This document shows positions 47,715 to 58,083 of a DNA stretch of 64,000 nt, piece after piece (positions within the stretch are counted from its first letter, which is position 1; every line of letters starts with the position of its first letter). The position numbers were made by a program, and so were the translations under genes. The notes beneath the pieces were generated by a model. It did not search any database and had not been told where the DNA came from. It saw only the letters and a program-made list of their open reading frames with translations. Source of the DNA: Nitrososphaerota archaeon (GTDB taxonomy: Archaea; Thermoproteota; EX4484-205; JAAOZP01). The stretch covers positions 32,001 through 96,000 of the forward strand of contig JAAOZP010000017.1 of the NCBI GenBank assembly GCA_011605725.1, written 5' to 3'.

Positions 47715-48530
47715 TTAAGACGGGTTTCTGAAGGACCGAATTATTTCTTCTCCAAGGCTTCTTGAACACGCGGCTACAACCGGGCTTTTCGAGACGGGCA
47801 GCAGTTTAACATTGAGATCCTCCGCTTCCGCGTTCAACACAACTCCTCCAGCCTCCTTCACTATTAAGAACGCTGCTGCAAAGTCAAGGCTCCTTAGAAA
47901 ACCCCTTAGGTCAACGAAGGCGTCTGCTGCTCCCGATGCGACTAAACATAGTTCAATCGCGTCAGACCCTAATGATCTAACGTGCCTAGCCTTCTCAATT
48001 ATGCTTGACATCCTGCTAACGTAGCCCGGCAGTCTCCCCCGAATGTTCAAGTCAACAGATATCAGAGCCTCCTCGATTCTTCCCACATTTGAAACCCTTA
48101 GTCTATGTCCGTTTAAGAACGCTCCTCGATTCTTCTCAGCATAGTAAAGGTCACCGGTTAAAAGATTGATAACACCGGAGCACACTGTGTCGCTAAGATC
48201 TTCCCCTTCTGCAACCCCTATTGAACAGCTGTAGCACGGGTATCCTCTCGAAGCGTTAACACTCCCGTCAACAGGGTCGACGATTATTAGGGGAGGCCCC
48301 CCGCTTCCAATCTCCACCACCCCTGATTCTTCACTAACTAACGTGGCATCTTTGAAGAAAATTCTTGTTGCCTCGAGAATCATTTCTTCAGCAACCTTAT
48401 CCACCATGAAGGTCTGGTCGCCGTAAGGGTTTATCGCGACTCTCTCACGGATCGAACGCTCATCCATCTCCTTAATCTTTTCAAAACATTTTCTCAACGT
48501 CGTCCTAACGTACTTAAAATACTCGTCCAT
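47715..48530 (-). CDS. suhB: Inositol monophosphatase / FBPase (SuhB family)
   Basis: VSEESG, VDPVDGS.N, RSLGS, LDFAAA.LIVKEAGG. Confidence 0.9.
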   Translation of the reverse strand: MDEYFKYVRTTLRKCFEKIKEMDERSIRERVAINPYGDQTFMVDKVAEEMILEATRIFFKDATLVSEESGVVEIGSGGPPLIIVDPVDGSVNASRGYPCYSCSIGVAEGEDLSDTVCSGVINLLTGDLYYAEKNRGAFLNGHRLRVSNVGRIEEALISVDLNIRGRLPGYVSRMSSIIEKARHVRSLGSDAIELCLVASGAADAFVDLRGFLRSLDFAAAFLIVKEAGGVVLNAEAEDLNVKLLPVSKSPVVAACSRSLGEEIIRSFRNPS

Positions 48531-48830
48531 CTCGACATTCCCACGGTTTCTCAGCCCTTATAGACTTTATGGCTTCACACACCAGCTACAGGCATGTTAA
48601 GCCGACTTCCTCATAGGCACATGGCACGTGGACACACGATGTGGAATTATTTTTGCGGACTTAACCTATTCTACTGCGCTTGAGAAAACACTATGCAGAA
48701 GCTTCTAAACATTTTGAAAACCCGTTGGATACCCATATTATTTAAAGGCTTTAAGAACAGCTAACATGCCGTTTCCACTAAGCTTACCCGTTTCGATTAG
48801 TAGAGTTTAATAGCCTGTGGTTTTCCCCTA

Positions 48831-50075
48831 ATGCTTCTGATGGCTGGCAGTGGAAAAACCGGGAAACTGAGGCTTATGTACGGAAGGGCTTTTGCCAGCT
48901 CTTTAAGCAACAGCATGATCTCCCCCTTCATCTATGTTTATGCCGCCCGAATCGGAGCGTCTCCCGGAGAAATAGGTTGGATGCACTCTTTCAACAACCT
49001 TTTCGTCAACAGCCTTCAAGTACCCTGGGGAAGGCTAAGCGACATGCTTGGAAGAAGAGTTAGCATCATAGTTGTCACAAGCATTTTAGCATCACTCATC
49101 TGGATACCCATGGCTTTAACGTCCGAACCCAAAATATTCCTGCTCCTAGTTGCACTATACTTCTTACTGAGCTCCGCCGCAATTCCTGCTTGGAACGCTC
49201 TTTTAAGAGAGACGACTCAACCCTCTTCAAGAAGCATTGTGGTTTCAAACATGAACATCGCCTCGCTTCTCGGGAGCCTGATTGCAACATCACTCTCAGG
49301 ATGGCTTATAGACTATTCCGGAGGAAGTCTCCTAACACCCTCAGTGATAGCGGTTTCTGTAAGCTTGGCCGGGTCTCTAATTCTTCTAAGAATAAGGGAG
49401 GATAGAAATCGTAAAACCAGCCTTAGAAGCATCATGACGGCATTCAGAGTGTCGGACATACCTAGTTTGATAAACGAGAACAGCGATTTCAAGCTTTTCC
49501 TTAAAATATCAGCGCTACAGGGTTTCTTCATGTCTTACGCATGGCCTCTTTTCACCATCACCACCGCGACGATCCTCAACCTGAGCATGACTGAGGTTGG
49601 AGCAATCTCCGTAATTCAAACTATCGCTACGCTCACAGCTCAACCATTAATTGGTCGCTTAGCTACTTTAAAAGGCAAAAAACGCCTGATGGTGATGTAT
49701 TACGTTTCGCTCACCGCAGTACCGTTAGCATACTGCTTCGCCCAAAGCTTTCTTCACCTGGCTATTCTCAGTGTTTACCTGGGCATCATGTTGGCAGCAG
49801 GTAATGCAACAATACTCCCATATATTCTAGACATTATTCCTGAAGACCGTGTTGGCGAGTTAACCTCCATATACAACATGGTAACTGGAATATCTTATTT
49901 CACGGGCTCGGCTGTCGGAGGGAACGCGGATGAGCTCATGAGCCTCTATTTCGGGAGAAGGCTGAGCCTTCAAATAGGATACTTCGTTTCCGCCGCTGGA
50001 AGACTTGTTTCAGGATTTTTCTTTCTAAGGATTAACGAGAAGCCGTCGACTCATAGAGTTGAAAAAGCAGCTTAG
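48831..50075 (+). CDS. MFS transporter
   Basis: WGRLSDMLGRR motif A and about 12 TM segments. Confidence 0.9.
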   Translation: MLLMAGSGKTGKLRLMYGRAFASSLSNSMISPFIYVYAARIGASPGEIGWMHSFNNLFVNSLQVPWGRLSDMLGRRVSIIVVTSILASLIWIPMALTSEPKIFLLLVALYFLLSSAAIPAWNALLRETTQPSSRSIVVSNMNIASLLGSLIATSLSGWLIDYSGGSLLTPSVIAVSVSLAGSLILLRIREDRNRKTSLRSIMTAFRVSDIPSLINENSDFKLFLKISALQGFFMSYAWPLFTITTATILNLSMTEVGAISVIQTIATLTAQPLIGRLATLKGKKRLMVMYYVSLTAVPLAYCFAQSFLHLAILSVYLGIMLAAGNATILPYILDIIPEDRVGELTSIYNMVTGISYFTGSAVGGNADELMSLYFGRRLSLQIGYFVSAAGRLVSGFFFLRINEKPSTHRVEKAA

Positions 50076-50091
50076 CCGTCATGAGAGAATC

Positions 50092-51057
50092 CTAGAAGAA
50101 GTCTATGGATAATGTTTTAAGAACATTCTCTATCTCAGCAAGCTCCTGCTTGCTCAGCCTCCACCCTGCTGCGCCAGCGTTCTCCTCAGCCTGCCTAGGG
50201 TTTTTTGCACCAGGTATCGGTACGACACCACCCTCCCTCAGCAGCCAGTTCATAGCAACCTGAGCAATAGTCTTACCCCTCTCCCTAGCAATCTTCTCTA
50301 AGACTTTCAGTAGACGGCTTATCTCATTAAGGTTCTCATCTGTGAAAAGCTTGTTCCCCCTTCTAATGCTGTCTGAAGGCTTATTGCTTAAACCATACTT
50401 TCCAGTTAGTGCCCCCTGAGCCAGAGGACTGTACGCGATCACCGTTATGTTCTCCCTTCTGCAATAGGGCAGAACCTCCTCCTCAATCTCCCTCTGCAGC
50501 ATGTTGTACCTAACCTGGTTTGAAACAATGCTTGCTTCAGATAAGTGTCTCCTTGCCTCCTCCAGGTCTCTGACGGCGAAATTACTAACACCGATTGCTC
50601 TTATCTTACCCTCCTTGTAAAGCCTCTCCATGGCTTGCATAGTATGCTTAAGCGGAACTTGCTCCCATGGGTCTGGCCAGTGAACCTGGTAAAGGTCTAT
50701 CTCCCTAACTCCAAGCCTTCTTAAACTGTGTTCAGCAGCCTTTAAAACATCGTTATACCTTAAATGCCCACCATGAACCTTTGTGGCGATGAGAAGGTTC
50801 TCCCTTCCAACCTCCCGTATTGCTCTGGCAACAACTTCCTCAGAATGACCTCCACCGTATGCTTCAGCAGTATCTATAAGGTTAACCCCGAGCTCGTGAG
50901 CTCTGACTATAGCCTTCACTATTTGTTCATCCTCAACATCAGCTCCCCATGCTTTCCCACTGGCCTGCCAAGCGCCGAAACCTATTACAGAGGCTTTTAA
51001 ACCGCTTCTACCTAGTTCAACATACTCCAATGGAAACACCGTTTTAAGCTGGTTCAC
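50092..51057 (-). CDS. Aldo/keto reductase
   Basis: DTAEAYG, IATK, DLYQVHWP, IGVSNF, AYSPLAQG, PIPGAK. Confidence 0.95.
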   Translation of the reverse strand: MNQLKTVFPLEYVELGRSGLKASVIGFGAWQASGKAWGADVEDEQIVKAIVRAHELGVNLIDTAEAYGGGHSEEVVARAIREVGRENLLIATKVHGGHLRYNDVLKAAEHSLRRLGVREIDLYQVHWPDPWEQVPLKHTMQAMERLYKEGKIRAIGVSNFAVRDLEEARRHLSEASIVSNQVRYNMLQREIEEEVLPYCRRENITVIAYSPLAQGALTGKYGLSNKPSDSIRRGNKLFTDENLNEISRLLKVLEKIARERGKTIAQVAMNWLLREGGVVPIPGAKNPRQAEENAGAAGWRLSKQELAEIENVLKTLSIDFF

Positions 51058-51180
51058 AATCTTACTTATTAAAACTTTTAACGAACAAGCCCTATAAACT
51101 GTTTGAACCTTTTCTAAACTTTTCTAAACCCATATTGTCTAACCGTTAAATACCTTAAATTTATATACCATGGACAAGGT

Positions 51181-52017
51181 ATGTGGAGCGGCAGAATGTC
51201 TGTGAAAGGTCTAAACTTGGGAAAAGAGTATGTAAAGCTTAATCCTAAAGAAGTTTTATGCGCAGAATATTGCCCCGACTCTAAGCTTATTGAGATTTCC
51301 GTGAAGATTAGAAATATTCCTGGAGCATTTACCACAGTCATCAAGACCCTGTACGAGAGAAAGATTCGGCTTTGCTCCGGTTTTCATACAGTAAGCAGGG
51401 AGGGCGATACTGCTCTAATAGGCGCATTCATAGATATTTCACACTCGGATGTTCAAGCAAAAGATATTGTTAGAGAGTTGGAGAGCCTGGATGAGGTGCT
51501 GGAAGTCAATGTCTCCGAAAAAGTTTTCAACAGTATGATAATTGATAGCCTACACTTTCCGCTGCTGGTTTCAGGTGAGAGAAGCTTCACGTTTAGGGTG
51601 GAAACTTTCGGAAGCATTGTGGAGAGCCTTTATGAGAAGTTTGGAACCGGGGCTGCTGTCGTGCTCTACCAGATGGGAGTGTCAGCGGGAGAAGACAAGG
51701 CAAGGAATGTTCTGAATAATTACCGTATGGATAAGCTGGATGTTTTAAGGTTGATACTGGCGGAGAGGACTGCTAAAGGCTGGTGTGTGGCTGAAGTGGA
51801 GGAGTTCAACGATAGAGGAGCGACACTGACAGTTAGAGAATTGTTCGAATGCTTGCCTTTCAAAGGTAGGAAGGAAGAGGCCTTCAGCCAATTCTTCAGA
51901 GGATACTTAGCCGGAATATTTGAAAACATTTTGAACACCAGCGTGAGCGTGACGGAGGTCGAGTGCATCGCCAAGGGCGATCCTGCCTGCAAATTCATTG
52001 TTCAAGCTAGGGGCTAG
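51181..52017 (+). CDS. ACT-like + V4R (4-vinyl reductase) domain ligand-binding protein
   Basis: N-terminal ACT-like NIPGAF..V; C-terminal LFEC...FFRGYLAGIF...EVECIAKGDPACKF V4R motif. Confidence 0.82.
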   Translation: MWSGRMSVKGLNLGKEYVKLNPKEVLCAEYCPDSKLIEISVKIRNIPGAFTTVIKTLYERKIRLCSGFHTVSREGDTALIGAFIDISHSDVQAKDIVRELESLDEVLEVNVSEKVFNSMIIDSLHFPLLVSGERSFTFRVETFGSIVESLYEKFGTGAAVVLYQMGVSAGEDKARNVLNNYRMDKLDVLRLILAERTAKGWCVAEVEEFNDRGATLTVRELFECLPFKGRKEEAFSQFFRGYLAGIFENILNTSVSVTEVECIAKGDPACKFIVQARG

Positions 52018-52081
52018 GAAGAGTAGCTTAATAACCCTGGTTGATTCTAAAGTTTATATCTATATCCGGTGATTTTTACTC

Positions 52082-53638
52082 ATGTTTCCAGAGAATTTTC
52101 TCTGGGGGGTTTCAGAGGCAGGTTTCCAGTTTGAAATGGGCGACCCTCCCGGAAAAAATATTGACCCGAATACGGACTGGTTTAAATGGGTGCATGACAC
52201 GGTGAATGTGAGCAGGAGGATTGTTAGCGGTGATCTTCCAGAGAACGGTGTAAACTACTGGGAGCTTTACGACTCAGATCATGACCTGGCTGAGGAGCTG
52301 GGCATGAATGCTTACAGGCTGGGAGTAGAATGGAGCAGGATATTCCCGAGGGATACTGCAGGAGCCAGGGTTGACGTGGAGATTAAGGATGGGAGGATAG
52401 TTAGAATAGATTTCGACGAGAAGGTTCTTGAGAAGCTTGAGGCCCTGGCCAATATGGATGCTTTAAACCATTACAAGAAAATTATTGAAAACCTTAGGGA
52501 TAAAGGGTTTAAGGTAATAGTGTGCCTGAACCACTTTACTCTTCCAATCTGGATTCACGACCCGATTGTTGCAAGGAACACTGGTCTGAGAAGCGGTGCG
52601 AGAGGCTGGTATGATCAGAAAACTATTGTCGAGTTCTCGAAATACGCCGGGTTCCTAGCCTGGAGGCTGGGCGACAAGGTTGACATTTGGGCTACTTTCA
52701 ACGAGCCTAATATTGTTGCTGAAACAGGGTATTTCCTGACTACGAATGGTTTTCCTCCTGGCGTTAGAATGAATGCTTTAAACGCGTTGAAAACTTTTAA
52801 ACGCGTCTTGATGAATATGATTGTCGCACACGCGAGGGCTTTCGAAGCCATAAAGAAGTTTGACACTCAACGGGCTGATCCCGATAGCTCGCTTCCCGCG
52901 TCAGTAGGCGTTATTCAACACGTCATCCCGGTTATGCCTTTAAACCCCTTGAGAGAAGCTGATTCACATGCTTCACGTTTCATTAGAAATGTTCACAACA
53001 ATCTGTTCGTGGAAGCAGTCTCATCAGGATGGGTTGACAAGAATCTCAACATGGTTAGGGATGGCGACGAGGTTGAAAAAGACCTTAATGGGAAGCTTGA
53101 CTGGCTTGGAGTAAACTACTACACGCGAATGGTTGTTAAGGGAAGGACTTCTCTTCTAGCTAAGTTGCTCATGGGCATCCGGGGTATTCCGGAGATTATG
53201 GAGGGCTACGGCTTAACGTGTAGGGCTAGAGATGTTTCCCGCGACGGCAGACCCACGTCAGACTTCGGCTGGGAGCTTTATCCTGAGGGCCTTGTGGAGA
53301 CACTCCTCGAAATGTCTAGGTACGGCAGACCCATGTTCATTACTGAAAACGGCGTCGCCGATTCTGAAGACAGGCTTAGACCCAGGTATATCGTTGAACA
53401 CTTACGGGTTCTAGAGGAAATCGTCAGTGGGAAACGCGTTGACGTCAGAGGATATTTCCACTGGGCTTTAACGGACAATTACGAGTGGGCGCAGGGGTTC
53501 AGCATGAAGTTTGGACTCTACAGCGTAAACCTGAACACTAAGAAGAGAATCCCGAGGAAAAACAGTGTCGAAACTCTTAGAAGAATCATTCAGAATAGGA
53601 CGGTTGGAGCATACGATAGTTTTTCCAGGCGGGTTTAG
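52082..53638 (+). CDS. Glycoside hydrolase family 1 beta-glycosidase (LacS/CelB-like)
   Basis: FLWGVSEAGFQFEMG, NHFTLP, TFNEP acid/base, GVNYY, ITENG nucleophile, DNYEWAQG. Confidence 0.96.
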   Translation: MFPENFLWGVSEAGFQFEMGDPPGKNIDPNTDWFKWVHDTVNVSRRIVSGDLPENGVNYWELYDSDHDLAEELGMNAYRLGVEWSRIFPRDTAGARVDVEIKDGRIVRIDFDEKVLEKLEALANMDALNHYKKIIENLRDKGFKVIVCLNHFTLPIWIHDPIVARNTGLRSGARGWYDQKTIVEFSKYAGFLAWRLGDKVDIWATFNEPNIVAETGYFLTTNGFPPGVRMNALNALKTFKRVLMNMIVAHARAFEAIKKFDTQRADPDSSLPASVGVIQHVIPVMPLNPLREADSHASRFIRNVHNNLFVEAVSSGWVDKNLNMVRDGDEVEKDLNGKLDWLGVNYYTRMVVKGRTSLLAKLLMGIRGIPEIMEGYGLTCRARDVSRDGRPTSDFGWELYPEGLVETLLEMSRYGRPMFITENGVADSEDRLRPRYIVEHLRVLEEIVSGKRVDVRGYFHWALTDNYEWAQGFSMKFGLYSVNLNTKKRIPRKNSVETLRRIIQNRTVGAYDSFSRRV

Positions 53639-53641
53639 AAA

Positions 53642-54022
53642 ATGAGCCGTAGGAAACCTATTTACGTTGTTCAAAAGCATGCGGCTACCCACCTTCATTA
53701 CGACCTAAGGCTTGAAATGGATGGTGTTCTTAAAAGCTGGGCCATACCCAAGGAGCCGGAGGACAAGCCTGGTGTGAAAAGGCTAGCGATACAGGTTGAG
53801 GATCATCCTCTAGAGTACTCAGAGTTTGAAGGAGTTATACCTGAAGGCCAGTATGGCGCGGGCAGGGTTGAGAAGTGGGATTACGGGGACTATGAGCTTG
53901 TTAAAAAGACGGATAGAAGCATAGAGGTTGAAATACATGGGAATCGTTTAAACGGACGCTTCATCCTGACGAAGTTTGACAGAGCCGGGGAAAACGCTTG
54001 GCTCTTCTTCAAGAAGAAATGA
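53642..54022 (+). CDS. Stand-alone LigD-type DNA 3'-phosphoesterase (PE) domain
   Basis: YVVQKHAATHLHYDLRLE.DGVLKSWAIPK, RLAIQVEDHPLEY, YGAG.V..WD.G. Confidence 0.93.
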   Translation: MSRRKPIYVVQKHAATHLHYDLRLEMDGVLKSWAIPKEPEDKPGVKRLAIQVEDHPLEYSEFEGVIPEGQYGAGRVEKWDYGDYELVKKTDRSIEVEIHGNRLNGRFILTKFDRAGENAWLFFKKK

Positions 54023-54189
54023 CATTCCTCGCCTTGGCCAGGAGGCTCCCAGTAGGCTCATCCCGCCTGGTTCAGGACTGTTTCAAACCAGCCCGTCATA
54101 CGCGTGCAGCACATAGCCTGCTTAGCCATTGCTTCCCCTTGCCAATTTTTATAAGCTTATGCGCTATGAAAAAACAGTGGCTTTAGGAA

Positions 54190-55200
54190 ATGGGAGTAAG
54201 GATAATTGGAGAAAGCCTGAGGAACATTCCCTGGCAGGATAAGCCTGGGGACTACGAGGGAGTGGTCTGGAGGTATGATAAGAACCCTCTGACCAGGCGG
54301 AACCCTACTAGGAGCACCGCCAGAGTATTCAACAGTGCTGTAGCACCTTTCAGAGGAAGATTCGTAGGGGTTTTCAGGGCAGACCATAAGGATGGTAAGG
54401 CTAGGCTCCACGTCGGCTGGAGCGACGACGGTATTTCTTGGGATATCGAGGACGAAGTGATCACGTGGAAGGATACTGATGGAAAAGTATACCAGCCTAA
54501 CTATGCCTACGACCCGAGGGTTGTTAAAATAGAGGACACGTATTACTTAACGTGGTGTACAGATTTCTACGGCCCGTCTATTGGAGTAGGCTTAACGAAG
54601 GATTTCAGGGAGTTCACTAGGCTTGAGAACGCTTTCCTCCCGTTCAACAGGAACGGCGTCCTCTTCCCCAGGAAAATAAACGGTAAGTATGTGATGCTTT
54701 CAAGGCCGAGCGACGCTGGCCACACTCCTTTCGGAGACATTTTCCTGAGCGAGAGCCCGGATATGATTCATTGGGGGAGGCATAGGAGGGTTATGGGCAG
54801 GGGAGGCTCAGGATGGTGGCAGGGCCTTAAAATAGGCGCCGGCCCAATACCTATTGAGACAACAGAGGGGTGGCTTCTCTTCTACCACGGCGTGGTTCTA
54901 ACTTGCAACGGCTACGTCTATAGTTGTGGCGCAGCAATACTCGACATAAACACTCCGTCAAGAGTTCTCTACAGGTGTAGAAACTATCTTTTAACTCCTG
55001 AGAAGGAGTATGAGACAGTGGGTTTTGTTCCAAACGTGGTTTTTCCCTGCGCAGCCCTAACTGACTCGGACACAGGGAGAATAGCGATCTACTATGGTTC
55101 TGCAGACACCTATGTTTCGCTGGCGTTCGCGAAGGTTGACGAGGTAGTGGAGTACGTTAAGGAAAACGCGGAGCCGTTTCACGAGGGAGAGGGAAGATAA
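54190..55200 (+). CDS. GH130 beta-mannoside phosphorylase (beta-1,4-mannooligosaccharide phosphorylase-like)
   Basis: VFNSAV, YAYDPRV, PFNRNGVLFPRKING, SRPSD.GHTPFGDI, KIGAG, VPNVVFPC, YYG.AD. Confidence 0.93.
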   Translation: MGVRIIGESLRNIPWQDKPGDYEGVVWRYDKNPLTRRNPTRSTARVFNSAVAPFRGRFVGVFRADHKDGKARLHVGWSDDGISWDIEDEVITWKDTDGKVYQPNYAYDPRVVKIEDTYYLTWCTDFYGPSIGVGLTKDFREFTRLENAFLPFNRNGVLFPRKINGKYVMLSRPSDAGHTPFGDIFLSESPDMIHWGRHRRVMGRGGSGWWQGLKIGAGPIPIETTEGWLLFYHGVVLTCNGYVYSCGAAILDINTPSRVLYRCRNYLLTPEKEYETVGFVPNVVFPCAALTDSDTGRIAIYYGSADTYVSLAFAKVDEVVEYVKENAEPFHEGEGR

Positions 55201-55320
55201 GTGCGCACGTATGAGGACTCCTAGGGTATGCTATTCTACATGCTGGATCAATGAAGGTTTATGGCAAGTTCGGGAAAACTTTATATCTAGGTATGTGATA
55301 TACTTAAGTAGGTGATATCA

Positions 55321-55716
55321 ATGTGTGGCGGAAGAAGACTGCCTGCTGGATCATGCTGCCATGGTGAAGGAGGGTGCCACGGCGAAGGAGGACATATTTA
55401 TCTTAAAGAAACCCCTGTTAAAGGGCTTTTACACTTATCAATCCTGAACTTGGTTAAGAATGGACCTATTTACGGTGCTGAAATACATAGGGCTTTAAAA
55501 GAAAAGTATAACATTGAGGCTCCAAAAGCCATAATCTATGGTCTATTGAGGAGAATGGAGCACGCTGGCTTCCTAGTTTCCTCATGGGACGTTGAAGGAG
55601 GTGGGCCGGCGAGAAGGAAATACAAGATTACTGATGAGGGGCTGGACTATCTTAAAGACTCCTTGGAAAACCTTAGGAGGGTTAAAAGCCTCGTCGACCT
55701 TTTAATAGCCGAGTGA
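55321..55716 (+). CDS. PadR family transcriptional regulator with Cys/His-rich N-terminal extension
   Basis: KGLLHLSIL..GPIYG...IYGLLRRME..GFL...W....GPARRKYKITDEG; ATG 55321 follows an AGGTGA SD. Confidence 0.92.
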   Translation: MCGGRRLPAGSCCHGEGGCHGEGGHIYLKETPVKGLLHLSILNLVKNGPIYGAEIHRALKEKYNIEAPKAIIYGLLRRMEHAGFLVSSWDVEGGGPARRKYKITDEGLDYLKDSLENLRRVKSLVDLLIAE

Positions 55717-55747
55717 AAGAATAGGCAGACCAAAGAGGAGTAGGCGT

Positions 55748-56665
55748 ATGAGTACTATAGAGGCCGTAGATTTACATAAAAGGTTTGGAAGCATCCCGGC
55801 TGTTAACGGCGTTAGCTTCAAAGTGAAAGAGGGTGAAATATTCGGTTTCCTGGGACCCAACGGCGCCGGGAAGACAACGACCATCCGAATCTTGACGGGC
55901 ATATTGAAACCTGATAGTGGTGAGGCTAGGATAATGGGCTATGATGTTCATAAGGATCCTGTTAAAGCCAGAATGCTTACTGGAGTGGTTCCCGAGGAGG
56001 CTAATCCATACCCAGACCTGTCGGCTTGGGATAATCTTATGCTTGTCGGATACCTATACGGCTTATCTAAACACGCGGCCGGTGAAAGGGCTGCTAGACT
56101 GCTTAAGCTTCTCGACCTTTATGAGGTTAGAGGGAGGAAGGCTAGGAGTCTTTCTAAAGGGATGAGGCAGAAGCTTCTTGTAGCCATGGCTCTGATCGGC
56201 GAGCCTAAAGTACTCTTCTTAGACGAGCCTACGTCGGGGCTCGACGTTTTAAGCGCCAGGAAGATACGCAGCCTAATCCTTGACCTGAAAAATAATGGTG
56301 TTACGATTCTTTTGACAACGCATAACGTGGAGGAGGCTGGTGAACTTTGCGACAGGATTTCTATAATAAACGGTGGGCAGATAGTTGAGACAGGAAGCCC
56401 CGATGACTTGATGATTAAATCCGGCTTATACACATACATATCCGTGAAATTCGACAGGCCGGTTGATCCAGAGGACGCGGCACAATTCTTTAAAGATTGG
56501 GAGCACAGGGTTCAAGGCTCAAGGATTCTCTTGATTTGCAAAGAATCGGCAGAGCCCGTAGTCAGGGTTGTTGAATACGCTAAGGCGAGAAGCCTCAGCA
56601 TAATCGACATCCATACGTCTCCACCAAACCTAGAGGACGTATTCGTGAAAATTATTGGGGGTTAA
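55748..56665 (+). CDS. ABC exporter ATP-binding protein (DrrA/NodI-like)
   Basis: GPNGAGKT, LSKGMRQK, FLDEPTSGLD, TTH. Confidence 0.93.
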   Translation: MSTIEAVDLHKRFGSIPAVNGVSFKVKEGEIFGFLGPNGAGKTTTIRILTGILKPDSGEARIMGYDVHKDPVKARMLTGVVPEEANPYPDLSAWDNLMLVGYLYGLSKHAAGERAARLLKLLDLYEVRGRKARSLSKGMRQKLLVAMALIGEPKVLFLDEPTSGLDVLSARKIRSLILDLKNNGVTILLTTHNVEEAGELCDRISIINGGQIVETGSPDDLMIKSGLYTYISVKFDRPVDPEDAAQFFKDWEHRVQGSRILLICKESAEPVVRVVEYAKARSLSIIDIHTSPPNLEDVFVKIIGG

Positions 56666-56667
56666 GG

Positions 56668-57432
56668 ATGATGAACACGGAATCCTTCAGCCATTTATGG
56701 AGAAGCACATGGGCAATATGCCGTAAGGACATTAAGCTTTACTATGCTAAGGGGCCTATAGTTGTAACCGGCGTGCTTTTCCCCCTGTTCCTATGGGGCG
56801 CCTTCTACATCGGTAGGGGGCTGGAGCCTAGAGAGGGGTTGGCTTCTTTAATAACGCTTACGATTTTCTTCACGTCCTCCTCAGTCACGCCGATAATAGC
56901 GCCTTGGGAAACCAGGCAGAGGACCCTGGAAATGCTTCTATCCAGGCCGGTGAAAGTCACTACAATACTTATTGGCGATATCTTAGCCTCCACAATATTC
57001 GGATTGATTTTCACTCTTCCAATCGTTCTTTACAGCATAGTTCTCGGAGCAGCGTTAAGCAATGTTTTAACGGCTATAGTAATAATTACAGTTACCGTCA
57101 TAGGATTCTCAGCTCTAGGCGTGCTTTTCTCAGCCCTACCCACAGATACGCCTGCAGACGTGGTCCTGTTGTCAAGCGCCGTTAAGCTACCGTTAGTATT
57201 CGTCAGCGGGGTACTTGTGCCGCTTACACAGCTTCCAACATGGGCCTTATCAATAGCTGCAGCCTCACCATTAACATATCCCACAGATCTTTTAAGGCGG
57301 CTTTATACAGGCGATGCCTTTTTCCCGGAATCGGTGGATATCGTGATGTTGATGATCTTTACAATCATGTTTACAGTCGGAGCTCTGAAGCTTCATGAAA
57401 AAACATTGTCTGCAAGACTGCAGCGGAGATAA
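56668..57432 (+). CDS. ABC-2 type exporter permease
   Basis: TLEMLLSRPV, FVSGVLVP...LP.W, SPLTY. Confidence 0.9.
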   Translation: MMNTESFSHLWRSTWAICRKDIKLYYAKGPIVVTGVLFPLFLWGAFYIGRGLEPREGLASLITLTIFFTSSSVTPIIAPWETRQRTLEMLLSRPVKVTTILIGDILASTIFGLIFTLPIVLYSIVLGAALSNVLTAIVIITVTVIGFSALGVLFSALPTDTPADVVLLSSAVKLPLVFVSGVLVPLTQLPTWALSIAAASPLTYPTDLLRRLYTGDAFFPESVDIVMLMIFTIMFTVGALKLHEKTLSARLQRR

Positions 57433-57525
57433 GGATATTGGGATCACTACGTCTTAGAATGACGGGGTCTCGAATGATTTTAAAAACAATATAGCCTTAA
57501 TTTTGATGAATAAGCTCAGTAGGGT

Positions 57526-57978
57526 TTACCTGATAATTAACACAGACCCCTTGAACCGGTTCACAACCCTGCTTGCAACGCCTCCAAGAATACGACCCGA
57601 TTTCCCAAGCCCCTCGCCCCCTATGACTACAAGATCATAGTTTCCTTTCTCAGCCTCCTCGATTATGATTGAAGCCGGGTCGCCGACTCTGCTTAAAAGC
57701 CTCACTTTAACACCCATCTCTTCAGCCATTATTCTAGCCTTCTCCAGTATCTCATCTCTCTCCCTGATCAGGCTCATCCTGGTTGAATCAGGGAGCACGA
57801 CGAGTTTAGAAGACTGCTCTACGCTCGGCTCAATCAAGGTTTTCGAAGGTGCTTCTGAAACATGCAGTATTGAAACCTCGACCTCGGGATACTGAAGCTT
57901 AATCTTCAAAACCGTCTCAACAGCCTTATCCGAAGCAGGAGAACCGTCTGTTGCAACAAGAATCCTCCTAAACATCAC
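57526..57978 (-). CDS. Universal stress protein (UspA family)
   Basis: RILVATDGS, GDPASII, DLVVIG, LGGVASRVV. Confidence 0.93.
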   Translation of the reverse strand: MMFRRILVATDGSPASDKAVETVLKIKLQYPEVEVSILHVSEAPSKTLIEPSVEQSSKLVVLPDSTRMSLIRERDEILEKARIMAEEMGVKVRLLSRVGDPASIIIEEAEKGNYDLVVIGGEGLGKSGRILGGVASRVVNRFKGSVLIIR

Positions 57979-58083
57979 TCAGATTAGAAAAAACATGTGT
58001 TAATAAACCTTCATTTCAAATGAGCGCGCTCCAAGCTACAAGTCTATGGCTGCGGGAGTAGGCAAGGATTCCCTGTCGAGGCT

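Noticed and set aside
48591-48770. 9-bp inverted repeat GGCATGTTA/TAACATGCC as possible MITE ends
   Set aside because: Too short, no target-site duplication, and no second copy in the window.
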